A DNA stretch of 64,000 nt from contig JBFLZG010000126.1 in the NCBI GenBank assembly GCA_040756235.1, positions 128,001-192,000 on the forward strand. The letters run 5' to 3'. This stretch comes from a bacterium. Its GTDB lineage: Bacteria > Desulfobacterota > DSWW01. Below the pieces are notes generated by a model. The model did not search any database, was not told the origin of the DNA, and saw only the letters and a list, made by a program, of their open reading frames with translations. The position numbers and the translations under genes are program-made. Of the stretch, positions 47,833 to 57,006 are shown piece by piece (position 1 is the stretch's first letter; each line of letters starts with the position of its first letter).

Positions 47833-47891
47833 CGTCGGCCGTCGATCAGTTGAACAACGGATGCTGCCTGTTTCGCGGAGCCTGCCTACGG

Positions 47892-49508
47892 ATGCAAGGA
47901 ACGGCACGGAAAGCGCTCTTCAGGCAGCAGGACCTCGCGCGCGTTTCTTCGATCCTGGCCGTCATCGCGATCGCCTATCTGCTCCTGCGCTTCCTGATCG
48001 TCGTCGCCATCGCCGATCGGTTCGGTACGGGTGAGTTCGCCGACATTCTCTTTGTCGCCCAGCTGATCCCCGTGACCTTGTTCATGCAGAACCGCAGGGC
48101 CCTGTTCCTGAGCTTCGTCCCGGTGTACATGGAGCGGGTGGTCCACGGGGACGAGGACGACCTGTGGCGCTTCGCCAGCCAGTTCACCAACCTGGTCCTG
48201 CTCGTGACCGGCGCCTTCACGGTCCTATACTACGTGTCGGCGCCCTGGCTCATGCGCATCGTGGCGGTCGGCTTCACGGCCGCTCAGCAAGAGCAGACGG
48301 TGCACCTGACGCGGCTCTTTTCCCCCGTCATCCTCCTGTTCATGGTGTATGGGATCGAGGAGAGCATTCTCTATTCGCACAAGCACTTCACCACGTCGAA
48401 CCTGGCCGGTTTGTGCGTGGGGGCGGGCGGTCTGCTGGGCGTCGTCTGGCTGACCGAACGCCACGGGCTCTCGGGGTACGCCTACGGGTCTCTGGCGGGT
48501 TACCTCCTCCAGGCCCTGATCCCCTTCAGCCTCTTCTGGAAATACCGGCGGCATTTCTCCTTCTCTCTGGATTTGCGCAGCCCGGGGCTCGTGCAGGTCT
48601 ACAAGCTGCTGGGTCCGATTTATGTCCTTTCCGGCGCGCTGGGCCTGTTTCACGTCATCAACCGCGCCCTCGCGACCACCCTGGGTCCTGGACGCGTTTC
48701 CGCCTTTCAGTATTGCACGACCCTCACCTGGCTGCTGCCGATCCTCATGGCCAATGCCATCCTGGCGCCCCTGTTCCCGCTCATTGCCGAAAGGACGGTG
48801 CGCAGAGACCTGGACGGCCTGAAGAAGATCCTGCGGGAGGGGAGCCAGGTGCTCGTGTTCGCCGTGTTGCCGGTCGTGGCCGCCACCATCCTGTTGCGCG
48901 TTCCGATCGTCCGGCTCCTGTTCCAGCGGGGCGAGTTCTCGCCGGCGGACACGGCGCTGACCGCCCGCACATTGCTCTTTTACGCCCCTTTCATCCTGGC
49001 CATGACGCTCAACCTCCTGTCGTCCCAGGTGATGATCAACCTCAAGCTCGTCGGCCCCGCTGCCAGGCTTTCCGGAGCGGGCGTGCTGATCAATCTCGTC
49101 CTGTGCCTGTTGTTCATGAGGTTCTTCGACGTCGGAGGCATCGCCCTCGCGACCACCATTTCTTTCTATGCGATGACCTGGATCTCGATCGTCTTTATCC
49201 AGCGCGAGATCGGCTCGGCCGGTTTCGGCCGGCTCGTGAAGCCGAGCCTGAAAGTTCTTCTGGTCTGCTCTTTGGCGGCCGTCCCGACCGGCTCCCTGCT
49301 GAAGCTCCTGGAGGCATCCTGGGACCATACGCGTCTGGGGATCCAGGCTCTGGCCCTGGCCCTCGAAGGAGGGACCTTCCTGGCCGGATTCGTGCTCCTG
49401 GCCTGGGCCCTTCGGCTGGAGGAGATTCCCCTGCTCCTGGGCATGCTGCGGTCGAGAGAGCGGGTGAAGAAGGCGGAATTCTCGTTGTCGGTCCCGGGTG
49501 GGGGTTGA
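47892..49508 (+). CDS. MurJ/MviN-like flippase (probably for polysaccharide)
   Basis: 'FGTG..AD..FVA..IP', 'SFVPVY', 'PIVRLLFQRGEF...DT..TA', 'GGIALATTIS'; about 14 TM segments. Confidence 0.8.
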   Translation: MQGTARKALFRQQDLARVSSILAVIAIAYLLLRFLIVVAIADRFGTGEFADILFVAQLIPVTLFMQNRRALFLSFVPVYMERVVHGDEDDLWRFASQFTNLVLLVTGAFTVLYYVSAPWLMRIVAVGFTAAQQEQTVHLTRLFSPVILLFMVYGIEESILYSHKHFTTSNLAGLCVGAGGLLGVVWLTERHGLSGYAYGSLAGYLLQALIPFSLFWKYRRHFSFSLDLRSPGLVQVYKLLGPIYVLSGALGLFHVINRALATTLGPGRVSAFQYCTTLTWLLPILMANAILAPLFPLIAERTVRRDLDGLKKILREGSQVLVFAVLPVVAATILLRVPIVRLLFQRGEFSPADTALTARTLLFYAPFILAMTLNLLSSQVMINLKLVGPAARLSGAGVLINLVLCLLFMRFFDVGGIALATTISFYAMTWISIVFIQREIGSAGFGRLVKPSLKVLLVCSLAAVPTGSLLKLLEASWDHTRLGIQALALALEGGTFLAGFVLLAWALRLEEIPLLLGMLRSRERVKKAEFSLSVPGGG

Positions 49509-49558
49509 AGACTGCCGCGGCAGAACGAGCATGAGCGATTCCCGGAGGGATCGTCCCG

Positions 49559-50914
49559 TTGTACCGCAAGTATCCGAGACCTGAGAAGAGCTGGCACCTG
49601 GTGGAGATCGGGGTGATCCTGTTCTTGATGACCCTGACTCTGGAATCCATGGGGCTCCTTCACGGGACTTCCTTCACTTTCGCCAAGATCTTCCTGATGC
49701 TGACCTTCCCCTACTGGGCCATCCAGGCCTTCTTGCGCAAGGACCCGTGGCTCTTGCTGCTCCCGTTCAAGAGCCGGACGAGTCTGGCGATCGGCGCCAC
49801 CTTTGTCGCCAACCTTTTTTCTCTGATCCATTTGACCAGCACCGAGTACCTGGGGGGCGCCTTTCTCCGGTACTTCTTTCTCTACCTCACGGTGATCCTG
49901 ATTGCGCAGGTGATCCGACAGAGCAAGAAGACCCTTCATGCCATGCTGATCTGCTTTGCGGTCGCCGCGGCTCCCAACTCAGTGGCAGGCATGGGCGAGC
50001 TCCTCACGCACAAGCAGATCCTGAAAGCGAGGATGTCCGGGACGGCCGAGAGCATGCAGCTGAGGGCTTCTCTGGGCGGGGCCCGGAGCGAGCTGGCCGG
50101 AGGCAAGGGGGGCAGGCGCGTGGTCGGATTCTCCCAGGGCGCCGGCGAGCATGCCATCCATTCGATCTCCTATGCCGCGATGGCCGCCGTGATCCCTTTC
50201 ATCGTGCGCCACCGCTTGGCCCGGATGGCGGCGGTCTTGCTGGTTTTCCTGAACATGGTCAACGTCGTCGCAACCGGCTCCCGCACCGGCATCATCGGGC
50301 TGCTCCTGTCGATCGGAGTCTTCCTCTATTTCATCGAAATGCGCCGCAAATGGCTGATCGTGCTGGCGGGCGTGCTGGGCTTCGTGATCGCGGCGACCCT
50401 GTTCGATCTGCCGCTCGCGCGCATCTTGCAGCGAACCGGCGCGGCCAAGGGGACGGTCGAGATCCGGATTCAGCAGTTTCAGGTGGCGTTCAACATGATC
50501 CAGAAGTACCCTCTCTTCGGAGTGGGTCCGGGCAACTACATCACGGAGTACCACCGCTATCACCAGGACTATCCCTGGCACGACAAAGTGGTCCTCCCGG
50601 GACCGCTGCACAACGCGATCCTCAACCAGGCGGCTGAAGGCGGGCTCGTGGGCCTGGTCTTTTTCCTGGCCCTCCTGGCGGTGGTGTTCTTGAAGCTCTA
50701 CCTGGTGCGAAAGCGGAGCCCCGATCCGCACTTGCGGGCGACCGCGGTCGCTGTGATGGCCGCCTTTACCGGCTGGGTGGCGGGGCTCCTCTTCTATCCC
50801 GGCTTCTTCGACGAGCAGGGATGGATCTTGATGGGGATCACGATCGGCCTGTGGAACATTCACGTGCTCACCCTGAAGACGGGGATCGACGAACAAGGGA
50901 ACGCCGCGTCTTGA
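49559..50914 (+). CDS. O-antigen ligase / Wzy polymerase family (Wzy_C)
   Basis: GGAGG then TTG; 'ATGSRTG', 'IR', 'PLFGVGPGNY', 'LHNAILNQAAEGGLVG'. Confidence 0.85.
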   Translation: MYRKYPRPEKSWHLVEIGVILFLMTLTLESMGLLHGTSFTFAKIFLMLTFPYWAIQAFLRKDPWLLLLPFKSRTSLAIGATFVANLFSLIHLTSTEYLGGAFLRYFFLYLTVILIAQVIRQSKKTLHAMLICFAVAAAPNSVAGMGELLTHKQILKARMSGTAESMQLRASLGGARSELAGGKGGRRVVGFSQGAGEHAIHSISYAAMAAVIPFIVRHRLARMAAVLLVFLNMVNVVATGSRTGIIGLLLSIGVFLYFIEMRRKWLIVLAGVLGFVIAATLFDLPLARILQRTGAAKGTVEIRIQQFQVAFNMIQKYPLFGVGPGNYITEYHRYHQDYPWHDKVVLPGPLHNAILNQAAEGGLVGLVFFLALLAVVFLKLYLVRKRSPDPHLRATAVAVMAAFTGWVAGLLFYPGFFDEQGWILMGITIGLWNIHVLTLKTGIDEQGNAAS

Positions 50915-52062
50915 AAAGGATCCACGTCGCACATCTCCTGGGCGGCGGCATCGTCTGCGGCGCATCGCAGTACGCCCTGGAGCTCATGCAGGGTCTCGAG
51001 AGAGACTCTTTCCGGGTCTCTTTCGTGATCCTGAAGGACGGGCCGCTGTCAGCCGAGCTCGAGAGGCGGAGAGTGCCCGTTCACGTTCTCGGCAAGCGGC
51101 GGACCGGGGATCCGCTGGCCCTCTCGAGGGTTGTCCGGGTGTTGCGGGAAAAGGGGGTCGATCTGGTCCATACCCACACGTCCAACAGCAATCTGTACGG
51201 GATCCTGGGCTCCTTCTTTGTGCCGGCGTGCCGTGCGGTGGCCACCCTTCACGCCTACTACGCCGAGGTGAACGCGGAAGCGATCCCGCTCAGGATCCTG
51301 CTCAAGCCCGGCTATCGGGTGGACCGTTTCCTCCTGGGGCGGACGGCCGGGATCATCTCGGTTTCCCGCTCGATTCGCGATCGGATCGCAGCGGACGGTC
51401 TCGATCCGGAGCGCATCACGGTGATCCCGAACGGAATCGATGTGGAAGCCTGCCGGGCCCGATCGGACCGGGCCGCAGTGCGGGAAGAGCTCGGGGTGGG
51501 GCCGGGCGAGGTGCTGGTCGGGACCGCAGGCAGGCTGGCCGCGGTCAAGAACCAGGCCCTGCTGCTCGAGGCGGCCGCCGCGGTCGTCTCCGACGTGCCG
51601 GGGCTGCGGCTCGCGATCTTCGGGGACGGGCCCCGAGAGGAGAGCCTCAAGGGGCTCGCCGCCCGGATGGGAATCGCCGCGCGCGTGCTCTTCCCGGGGT
51701 GGAAGGAAGACCTCCCGCGATACCTCTCGGGTCTGGACCTGTTCGCCCTTCCGTCACGCTCGGAGGTGGCTCCGTTCGTGCTCCTGCAAAGCATGGCGCT
51801 CGGGATTCCGGTGGTCGCGACCCGTGTGGGGGGGGTCCCGGAGATGGTCCTCGACGGCGAGACCGGGCTGCTCACGGAGGAAGGAAACGCGCAGGAGATG
51901 GCTGCGGCGGTCCGCCTGCTGGCCCGGGACCCCGAGCGTCGGCGCGCCTTCGGGAGCCGCGGCGAGAGGCTCGTGCGCAGCCGCTTCAGCCGGGCCTCCA
52001 TGCTGGAAGCGACTGCCGCATTCTACCGTCGGGCTTTTTCGTCACACGGAGGAACGACCTGA
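50911..52062 (+). CDS. GT4 glycosyltransferase
   Basis: TTGA overlap; 'DLVHTH', 'IPNGID', 'GRLAAVKN', 'PSRSE', 'ATRVGGVPE'. Confidence 0.9.
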   Translation: MKRIHVAHLLGGGIVCGASQYALELMQGLERDSFRVSFVILKDGPLSAELERRRVPVHVLGKRRTGDPLALSRVVRVLREKGVDLVHTHTSNSNLYGILGSFFVPACRAVATLHAYYAEVNAEAIPLRILLKPGYRVDRFLLGRTAGIISVSRSIRDRIAADGLDPERITVIPNGIDVEACRARSDRAAVREELGVGPGEVLVGTAGRLAAVKNQALLLEAAAAVVSDVPGLRLAIFGDGPREESLKGLAARMGIAARVLFPGWKEDLPRYLSGLDLFALPSRSEVAPFVLLQSMALGIPVVATRVGGVPEMVLDGETGLLTEEGNAQEMAAAVRLLARDPERRRAFGSRGERLVRSRFSRASMLEATAAFYRRAFSSHGGTT

Positions 52063-52063
52063 C

Positions 52064-52873
52064 ATGGACGTGACCCTGGGCGTGATCACCTGGAACGCGC
52101 GGGCGCTCCTCGAGCAGCTCCTCCGCTCCATCTATGCATCGGTGCGGAGCGCAACCTTTGAAGTCGTGGTGGTGGACAACGGCTCCCAAGACGGCACGAT
52201 CGCCATGCTGGAACAAGAGTTCCCATCCGTGGTCGTGGTGCGGAACGCGGCGAACCGGGGCGTGGCTCCGGCGCGGAATCAGCTTCTCCGCTCGGCCCGG
52301 GGGCGCTACGTGCTCAGTCTGGACGTGGATACCACCCTGTATCCGAACGGAGCGGTGGAGACGCTCGTCACGACCATGGACCGGCACCCGCAGGCCGCCA
52401 TCGCCGGACCGAAGCTCGTCTACCAAGACGGTTCCCTGCAGCTCTCGTGCAGGCCCTTCCCTTCTCCCATGAACATCCTCGTGGAGGGTACCTCGCTGCG
52501 CAAGGTCTTCCCGGGCTCCCGCTTCGTCCGGGAGTACAACATGGAGAGCTGGGACCACGAGACGCTCAGGGAAGTGGACTGGATGTACGGGGCAGCGCTG
52601 ATCATCCGGGCCTCCGTCCTGAAGGAAATCGGTTTGTTTGACGAGGGGTTTTTCTACTTGTATGAAGACGTGGACCTCTGCTTCCGCGCGCGCAGGGCCG
52701 GATACAAGGTGCTCTACGTTCCGGAGGCCGTGATCTGTCACCATCTGGAACGTGAGGACCGGCCCCTGTTTTCCAGGACCCTGAAGGTCCACGTCCGGAG
52801 CGTCGGCAGGTACTTGTTGAAGGACTACTTTTCCATGGTGCGGCTCAAGGCGGCGCGAAGATGGCCAACTTGA
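52064..52873 (+). CDS. GT2 glycosyltransferase (WbbL/rhamnosyltransferase-like)
   Basis: GGAGG RBS; 'VVDNGSQDGT', 'NRGVAPARN', 'LDVD', 'VDWMYGAA', 'FDEGFFYLYEDVDLC'. Confidence 0.88.
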   Translation: MDVTLGVITWNARALLEQLLRSIYASVRSATFEVVVVDNGSQDGTIAMLEQEFPSVVVVRNAANRGVAPARNQLLRSARGRYVLSLDVDTTLYPNGAVETLVTTMDRHPQAAIAGPKLVYQDGSLQLSCRPFPSPMNILVEGTSLRKVFPGSRFVREYNMESWDHETLREVDWMYGAALIIRASVLKEIGLFDEGFFYLYEDVDLCFRARRAGYKVLYVPEAVICHHLEREDRPLFSRTLKVHVRSVGRYLLKDYFSMVRLKAARRWPT

Positions 52874-53799
52874 AGTCGGAAACGACCTGCGATCTGTGCG
52901 GTCGGCGCGATCCTGCGCTGCGCTACCGCCTCGGCTCGATCGAGGTCGTGCAATGCCCGGGGTGCGGCCTGGTCTTTGTCCATCCGGCGACGCGCGCCTC
53001 CGAGCGGGCGCTGTACGATGCCGAGTACTTCCGGGAGCGCTCCGAGTACTTCCGCCCATCGGCGGCGGACAGCGGCCCTCTGCCCCGCGGGGAGCACATC
53101 GAAAGCTTCCGCCTGGGGCTGGAGATCCTCGGCCGGCACAAGAGCCCGAGGGGGGATGGCTGCTCGGCGGCTGGCATGCCGGGTGCCCAGGGCAGGTTGC
53201 TCGACCTGGGCTGCGCCGTCGGCGTCTTCCTCCGGTTGGCGGAAGCGGCCGGCTGGGACGCCTGCGGGGTCGACGTCTCGCCGTACGCCACTGCGGTCGC
53301 GAGGAAGCACTGCCGCGGGGAAATCTTCACCGGCAGCCTGGAGGCGGTCGGATTTCCGGATGCGTCCTTCGACGTGGTGACCTTGTGGGACGTCGTGGAG
53401 CACCTCGATCGGCCGCGCGAGACGTTGCGGGAGGTCCGCCGAATCCTGAGGACCGACGGGCTCATGCTGGTCGACACGCCGAATGAGGACTGTCTGATGC
53501 GCCGGGTGGCTCACGAGCTCTACCGGTGGTCCGGCGGCCGGTTCTCCTATCCCGTGAGAAAGCTCTATCACGCGTACCACCAGTACTACTTCTCCGAGCG
53601 CACGCTGCGGATGCTCCTGGACGGCTGCGGTTTCGAGGTGACGGCGCTCCTCAGGAAGTCGATCCCCCGGGAGAAGGGGCGAGGCAGCCCGCTCGAAAGG
53701 TCTCTGGTGAAGCTCTTCGGGCTGTTGGAAAGACCGCTGGGAATGGACTTCGAGCTCATGGCGCTGGCCTGCAAGAAGACCCGGGACGAGGCGGAATGA
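52861..53799 (+). CDS. Class I SAM methyltransferase with N-terminal Zn ribbon
   Basis: 'CDLCG...CPGCGL', 'LLDLGCAVG', 'FDVVTLWDVVEHL', 'HQYYFS'. Confidence 0.88.
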   Translation: MANLKSETTCDLCGRRDPALRYRLGSIEVVQCPGCGLVFVHPATRASERALYDAEYFRERSEYFRPSAADSGPLPRGEHIESFRLGLEILGRHKSPRGDGCSAAGMPGAQGRLLDLGCAVGVFLRLAEAAGWDACGVDVSPYATAVARKHCRGEIFTGSLEAVGFPDASFDVVTLWDVVEHLDRPRETLREVRRILRTDGLMLVDTPNEDCLMRRVAHELYRWSGGRFSYPVRKLYHAYHQYYFSERTLRMLLDGCGFEVTALLRKSIPREKGRGSPLERSLVKLFGLLERPLGMDFELMALACKKTRDEAE

Positions 53800-55514
53800 A
53801 AGTCTTCATCATCGGGCTCGACGGGGCTTCCCTGGACCTCCTGCTTCCCTGGATCGAGGCCGGACAGCTTCCGGGGTTTGCCCGGCTCGTGCGCGAGGGC
53901 TGCCACTCGAATCTGGAGTCCGTACCCAACCAGCGGAGCGCCGCCGCCTGGACCAGCTTTCAAACGGGCAAGAACCCGGGCAAGCACGGCATCTTCGAGT
54001 TCTACGAGCGCATTCCGAACACCTACGACATCCGCTTCGTGAACGGGGGCAACCGGGACGGGGCGAGCTTTTTCCGATTGGCGAGCGACGCCGGCAGGTG
54101 CGTGGTCGCCATCAATGTGCCGATGTCCTATCCCGCAGAGGCGGTGAACGGCGCCATACTGGCCGGCCTCGACGCTCCCGGCAGCCGCAGCAAGGGCTTT
54201 TCCCACCCCCCGGACCTGATCGATGAGGTCGAGGCCGCGACCGGAACGTACGTCATCGAACCCGGGCTTACCGGCTGCATCGTCAACGGGGAGATCGACC
54301 GGGCGGTGCGCCTTCTGCAGGAGGAGCTGGACTCCAAGATCCGGGTCACGCGATTCCTGATGTCCGAGTATCCTTGGGATCTCTTTGTCACGGTGTTCCG
54401 CAGCACCGATGCGGCCCACCACTGCTTCTGGAAGTACCACGACTCGGAACATCCCCTGTTCGACCGGACCGCTGCACGCAAGTATGGCTCTGTCATCCTG
54501 GAGGCTTATCAGAGGATCGATCGCTTCCTTCTGGAGATCCTGGACGGCCTCGGCGGCGACACCATGCTCCTGATCGTCTCCGACCACGGCTGCGGCCCCA
54601 AGCACCCGGCCGGCAATCAGCTCAACCTCTGGCTGGAATCCATGGGGTATCTCGCCTACGAGAAGGACCGTGCCGGCCCCGGGAACCTCGTGACCCGCCT
54701 GGTCGGCGAGGCCTACAGGTGGACGCTGGCCAAGACCCCGCGCCGCACCAAGGAGCATTTGTGGAGGGTGCTGCCCGGGCTCCGCAACCGCGTGCAGGCG
54801 AGGCTCTGCTTCTCCGGAATCGACTGGGCCCGCACCCGGGCTTTTTCCGACTCGCTCTTCCCGAACGTCTGGATCCACGTCAAGGGCCGGGATCCTTTCG
54901 GCATCGTGGAGCCCGGACGTCCGTACGAGTCGCTGTGCGACGAGATCGCCACCCGTCTGCGAGCCAGCCGGGACGAGGCATCCGGCCAACCGATCGTGGA
55001 CGAGGTGTTTCACCGAAGCCGGATCTACAGCGGCCTCCACGTGGACGGGGCGCCCGACCTGCTGGTGCGCTGGCGGGAAGACACCCGGATTCGCGGCCTG
55101 GCGATCCCGTCGCAGCCGGACGGAGTTTCCGGCAGCGCGCGGCGCCGGGCAGACGCCGGTCGACCCTTCATCCCGGGCGAGGATTACCGGGTCATCAGCG
55201 GGGACCACCGCCTCAACGGGATTCTGCTCTGCAAGAGCCCGGCCCAGGGGGCGCCGGGGCGGCTGCAGTGCAGGGCCGGCCTCGTGGACGTGGCTCCGAC
55301 GGTCCTCTACGCGCTGGGAGTCCCGATCCCGGACGACATGGACGGTGAGATCGTCACCCCTCTTTTCGGACCGGCCTTCCTTGCGTCGCACCCTCCGTTG
55401 CGCCGGAAGCCGGAGGCAGGCGGCGGGGCCGGCCCGCCGCAGGTGACGTCTTATGCGAAGGAGGACGAAGAGCAGGTTCGCCAGAGACTGCGGGGTCTGG
55501 GTTACCTCGAATAA
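53796..55514 (+). CDS. AlkP-superfamily nucleotide pyrophosphatase/phosphodiesterase-like protein (no signal peptide)
   Basis: 'IIGLDGA', 'SAAAWTSFQTGKNPGKHGIFEF', 'TDAAHH', 'VSDHG', 'SGDH'; ends 'EEQVRQRLRGLGYLE'. Confidence 0.87.
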   Translation: MKVFIIGLDGASLDLLLPWIEAGQLPGFARLVREGCHSNLESVPNQRSAAAWTSFQTGKNPGKHGIFEFYERIPNTYDIRFVNGGNRDGASFFRLASDAGRCVVAINVPMSYPAEAVNGAILAGLDAPGSRSKGFSHPPDLIDEVEAATGTYVIEPGLTGCIVNGEIDRAVRLLQEELDSKIRVTRFLMSEYPWDLFVTVFRSTDAAHHCFWKYHDSEHPLFDRTAARKYGSVILEAYQRIDRFLLEILDGLGGDTMLLIVSDHGCGPKHPAGNQLNLWLESMGYLAYEKDRAGPGNLVTRLVGEAYRWTLAKTPRRTKEHLWRVLPGLRNRVQARLCFSGIDWARTRAFSDSLFPNVWIHVKGRDPFGIVEPGRPYESLCDEIATRLRASRDEASGQPIVDEVFHRSRIYSGLHVDGAPDLLVRWREDTRIRGLAIPSQPDGVSGSARRRADAGRPFIPGEDYRVISGDHRLNGILLCKSPAQGAPGRLQCRAGLVDVAPTVLYALGVPIPDDMDGEIVTPLFGPAFLASHPPLRRKPEAGGGAGPPQVTSYAKEDEEQVRQRLRGLGYLE

Positions 55515-55529
55515 GGGACGGTGTTTCAT

Positions 55530-56966
55530 ATGGCTTGCCGAAGGAAAGCGGTCGTCCTGGGTGCGGGCTTCGCCGGGCTGTGGATGGCCGACCGGCTTCT
55601 CGATCAAGGGCTTGAGGTGGAGCTCCTCGAGCAGAACGAGCAAGCCGGCGGCCTCATGGAGACCGTCCTTCACGAGGGCCTTCCGCTGGACCTGGGACCC
55701 CACATCCTGCTCGCGCCCGGGCTGACCCATTACCGGAGGATTCTCGGAAGCGAGCTGCTGAGCCTGCGCGGGTTCTATGCCTTCGGGTGCCGAGGGAAGC
55801 AGATTCCTTCTCCGCTTTCCCCTGTCAACCTGCTCAAGACCCTCGGTCCGTTCGGGGCCCTGCCCTTTGCCGCGGGCATGGCCTGGCAGCGGGTGCCCGG
55901 CGTGCCTCCGAGACCTCCGTGGAAGAACCTGGAAGAGCTGCTGGTCGCGCGGTTCGGCCGCCCCGTGGTGCGCGCCTTTTTCTCCGATTACGTCCCGAAG
56001 GTGAGCGGTCTGCCTGCATCCGCCGTGTCGCAGGACTGGTTCCTGGAGCGCCACCGATTCTACCAGGAGCACAACCTGGGGAGCCGCTGGCTCCGGACTG
56101 CGGCCTCCTCCTGCCTGGACGCGTTGCGGCGCAAAGGACCGCCGGAGCAAGGCCTGGAGATCTATTACCCGTCCGGCGGCGCGCAAAGGCTGACCGACAA
56201 CCTCTGTGCGGCCATCCGAGCCAGGGGCGCGGCCGTCCGCCTGGGGACCCGAGTCACCCGGATCGGTCTGGACACAGACCGTGTGCGTTTTGCCGAATGC
56301 AGGACGGCCGATGGGCGTGCCTCCAAAGCGGAGGGCGATCTGTTCGTCAGCACCGTCCCGCTGACCCACCTCCCCGGGTTGTTCGGCGGGGCCCTGGGCC
56401 CCGAGGCCGAAGCCGCGGCCCGCGCGCTCGGCTGGCGCCATCTGTGCCTTTATTACCTTCAGGTCGATCAGGAAAGGGTCTCGAACAAGATTCAGATCTA
56501 TTTCACCGAGGACCGATATCCGTTCAAGAGGATTTACGAGCCCAAGAACCTGATCGCGCCCCCGGGCTCCGAGGGACGCACCGTGCTGTGCGCCGAGATC
56601 TGCTACGGCGGCGGGGACGGAACCGGAGAGCTCGACGAGGCCGGGGTGCGGGAGGAGGTACTTGGGGGCGTCTGCCGGTTTTACCGGGTGCCCAGGGAAC
56701 GCCTGCGTTTCCTGTTCTCGCGCAGGGTCCCGCATGCCTATGCGGTCTACCGGCTCGGCTACCGGGGACCTCTGCAACGGATGGCGGCCGCCCTCTTCCG
56801 GATCGACAACTTCATTTCCTACGGACGACAGGGCTCTTTCCGCTACAATCACCTGGTCGACCGCATCATCGACGCCTCGGAGGCGGTCGTCGAGTACGTC
56901 GGCCGCAGCAGCGGCCGCAAGAGAGATTTTCTGGGAGAGCCTCGGGCCAAGTCTGATTTCTTTTGA
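55530..56966 (+). CDS. FAD-dependent oxidoreductase (UDP-galactopyranose mutase/HemY-like)
   Basis: 'VLGAGFAGL', 'GGL', 'DLGPH', 'YYPSGG', 'FKRIYEPKN', 'AYAVY', 'GRQGSFRYN'; start 55521 or 55530. Confidence 0.8.
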   Translation: MACRRKAVVLGAGFAGLWMADRLLDQGLEVELLEQNEQAGGLMETVLHEGLPLDLGPHILLAPGLTHYRRILGSELLSLRGFYAFGCRGKQIPSPLSPVNLLKTLGPFGALPFAAGMAWQRVPGVPPRPPWKNLEELLVARFGRPVVRAFFSDYVPKVSGLPASAVSQDWFLERHRFYQEHNLGSRWLRTAASSCLDALRRKGPPEQGLEIYYPSGGAQRLTDNLCAAIRARGAAVRLGTRVTRIGLDTDRVRFAECRTADGRASKAEGDLFVSTVPLTHLPGLFGGALGPEAEAAARALGWRHLCLYYLQVDQERVSNKIQIYFTEDRYPFKRIYEPKNLIAPPGSEGRTVLCAEICYGGGDGTGELDEAGVREEVLGGVCRFYRVPRERLRFLFSRRVPHAYAVYRLGYRGPLQRMAAALFRIDNFISYGRQGSFRYNHLVDRIIDASEAVVEYVGRSSGRKRDFLGEPRAKSDFF

Positions 56967-57006
56967 GCTCAGCGAGGACCCGGGGCATGATCAGGAGCCG
57001 ACGAAC

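Noticed and set aside
53586..56852. 1088-aa minus-strand ORF, and similar long antisense ORFs (422-2527, 2605-4227, 4170-6968, 11010-12893, 25848-27515, 60555-62093)
   Set aside because: Each lies opposite well-supported genes and has no recognisable motifs; long shadow ORFs are expected in high-GC coding DNA.
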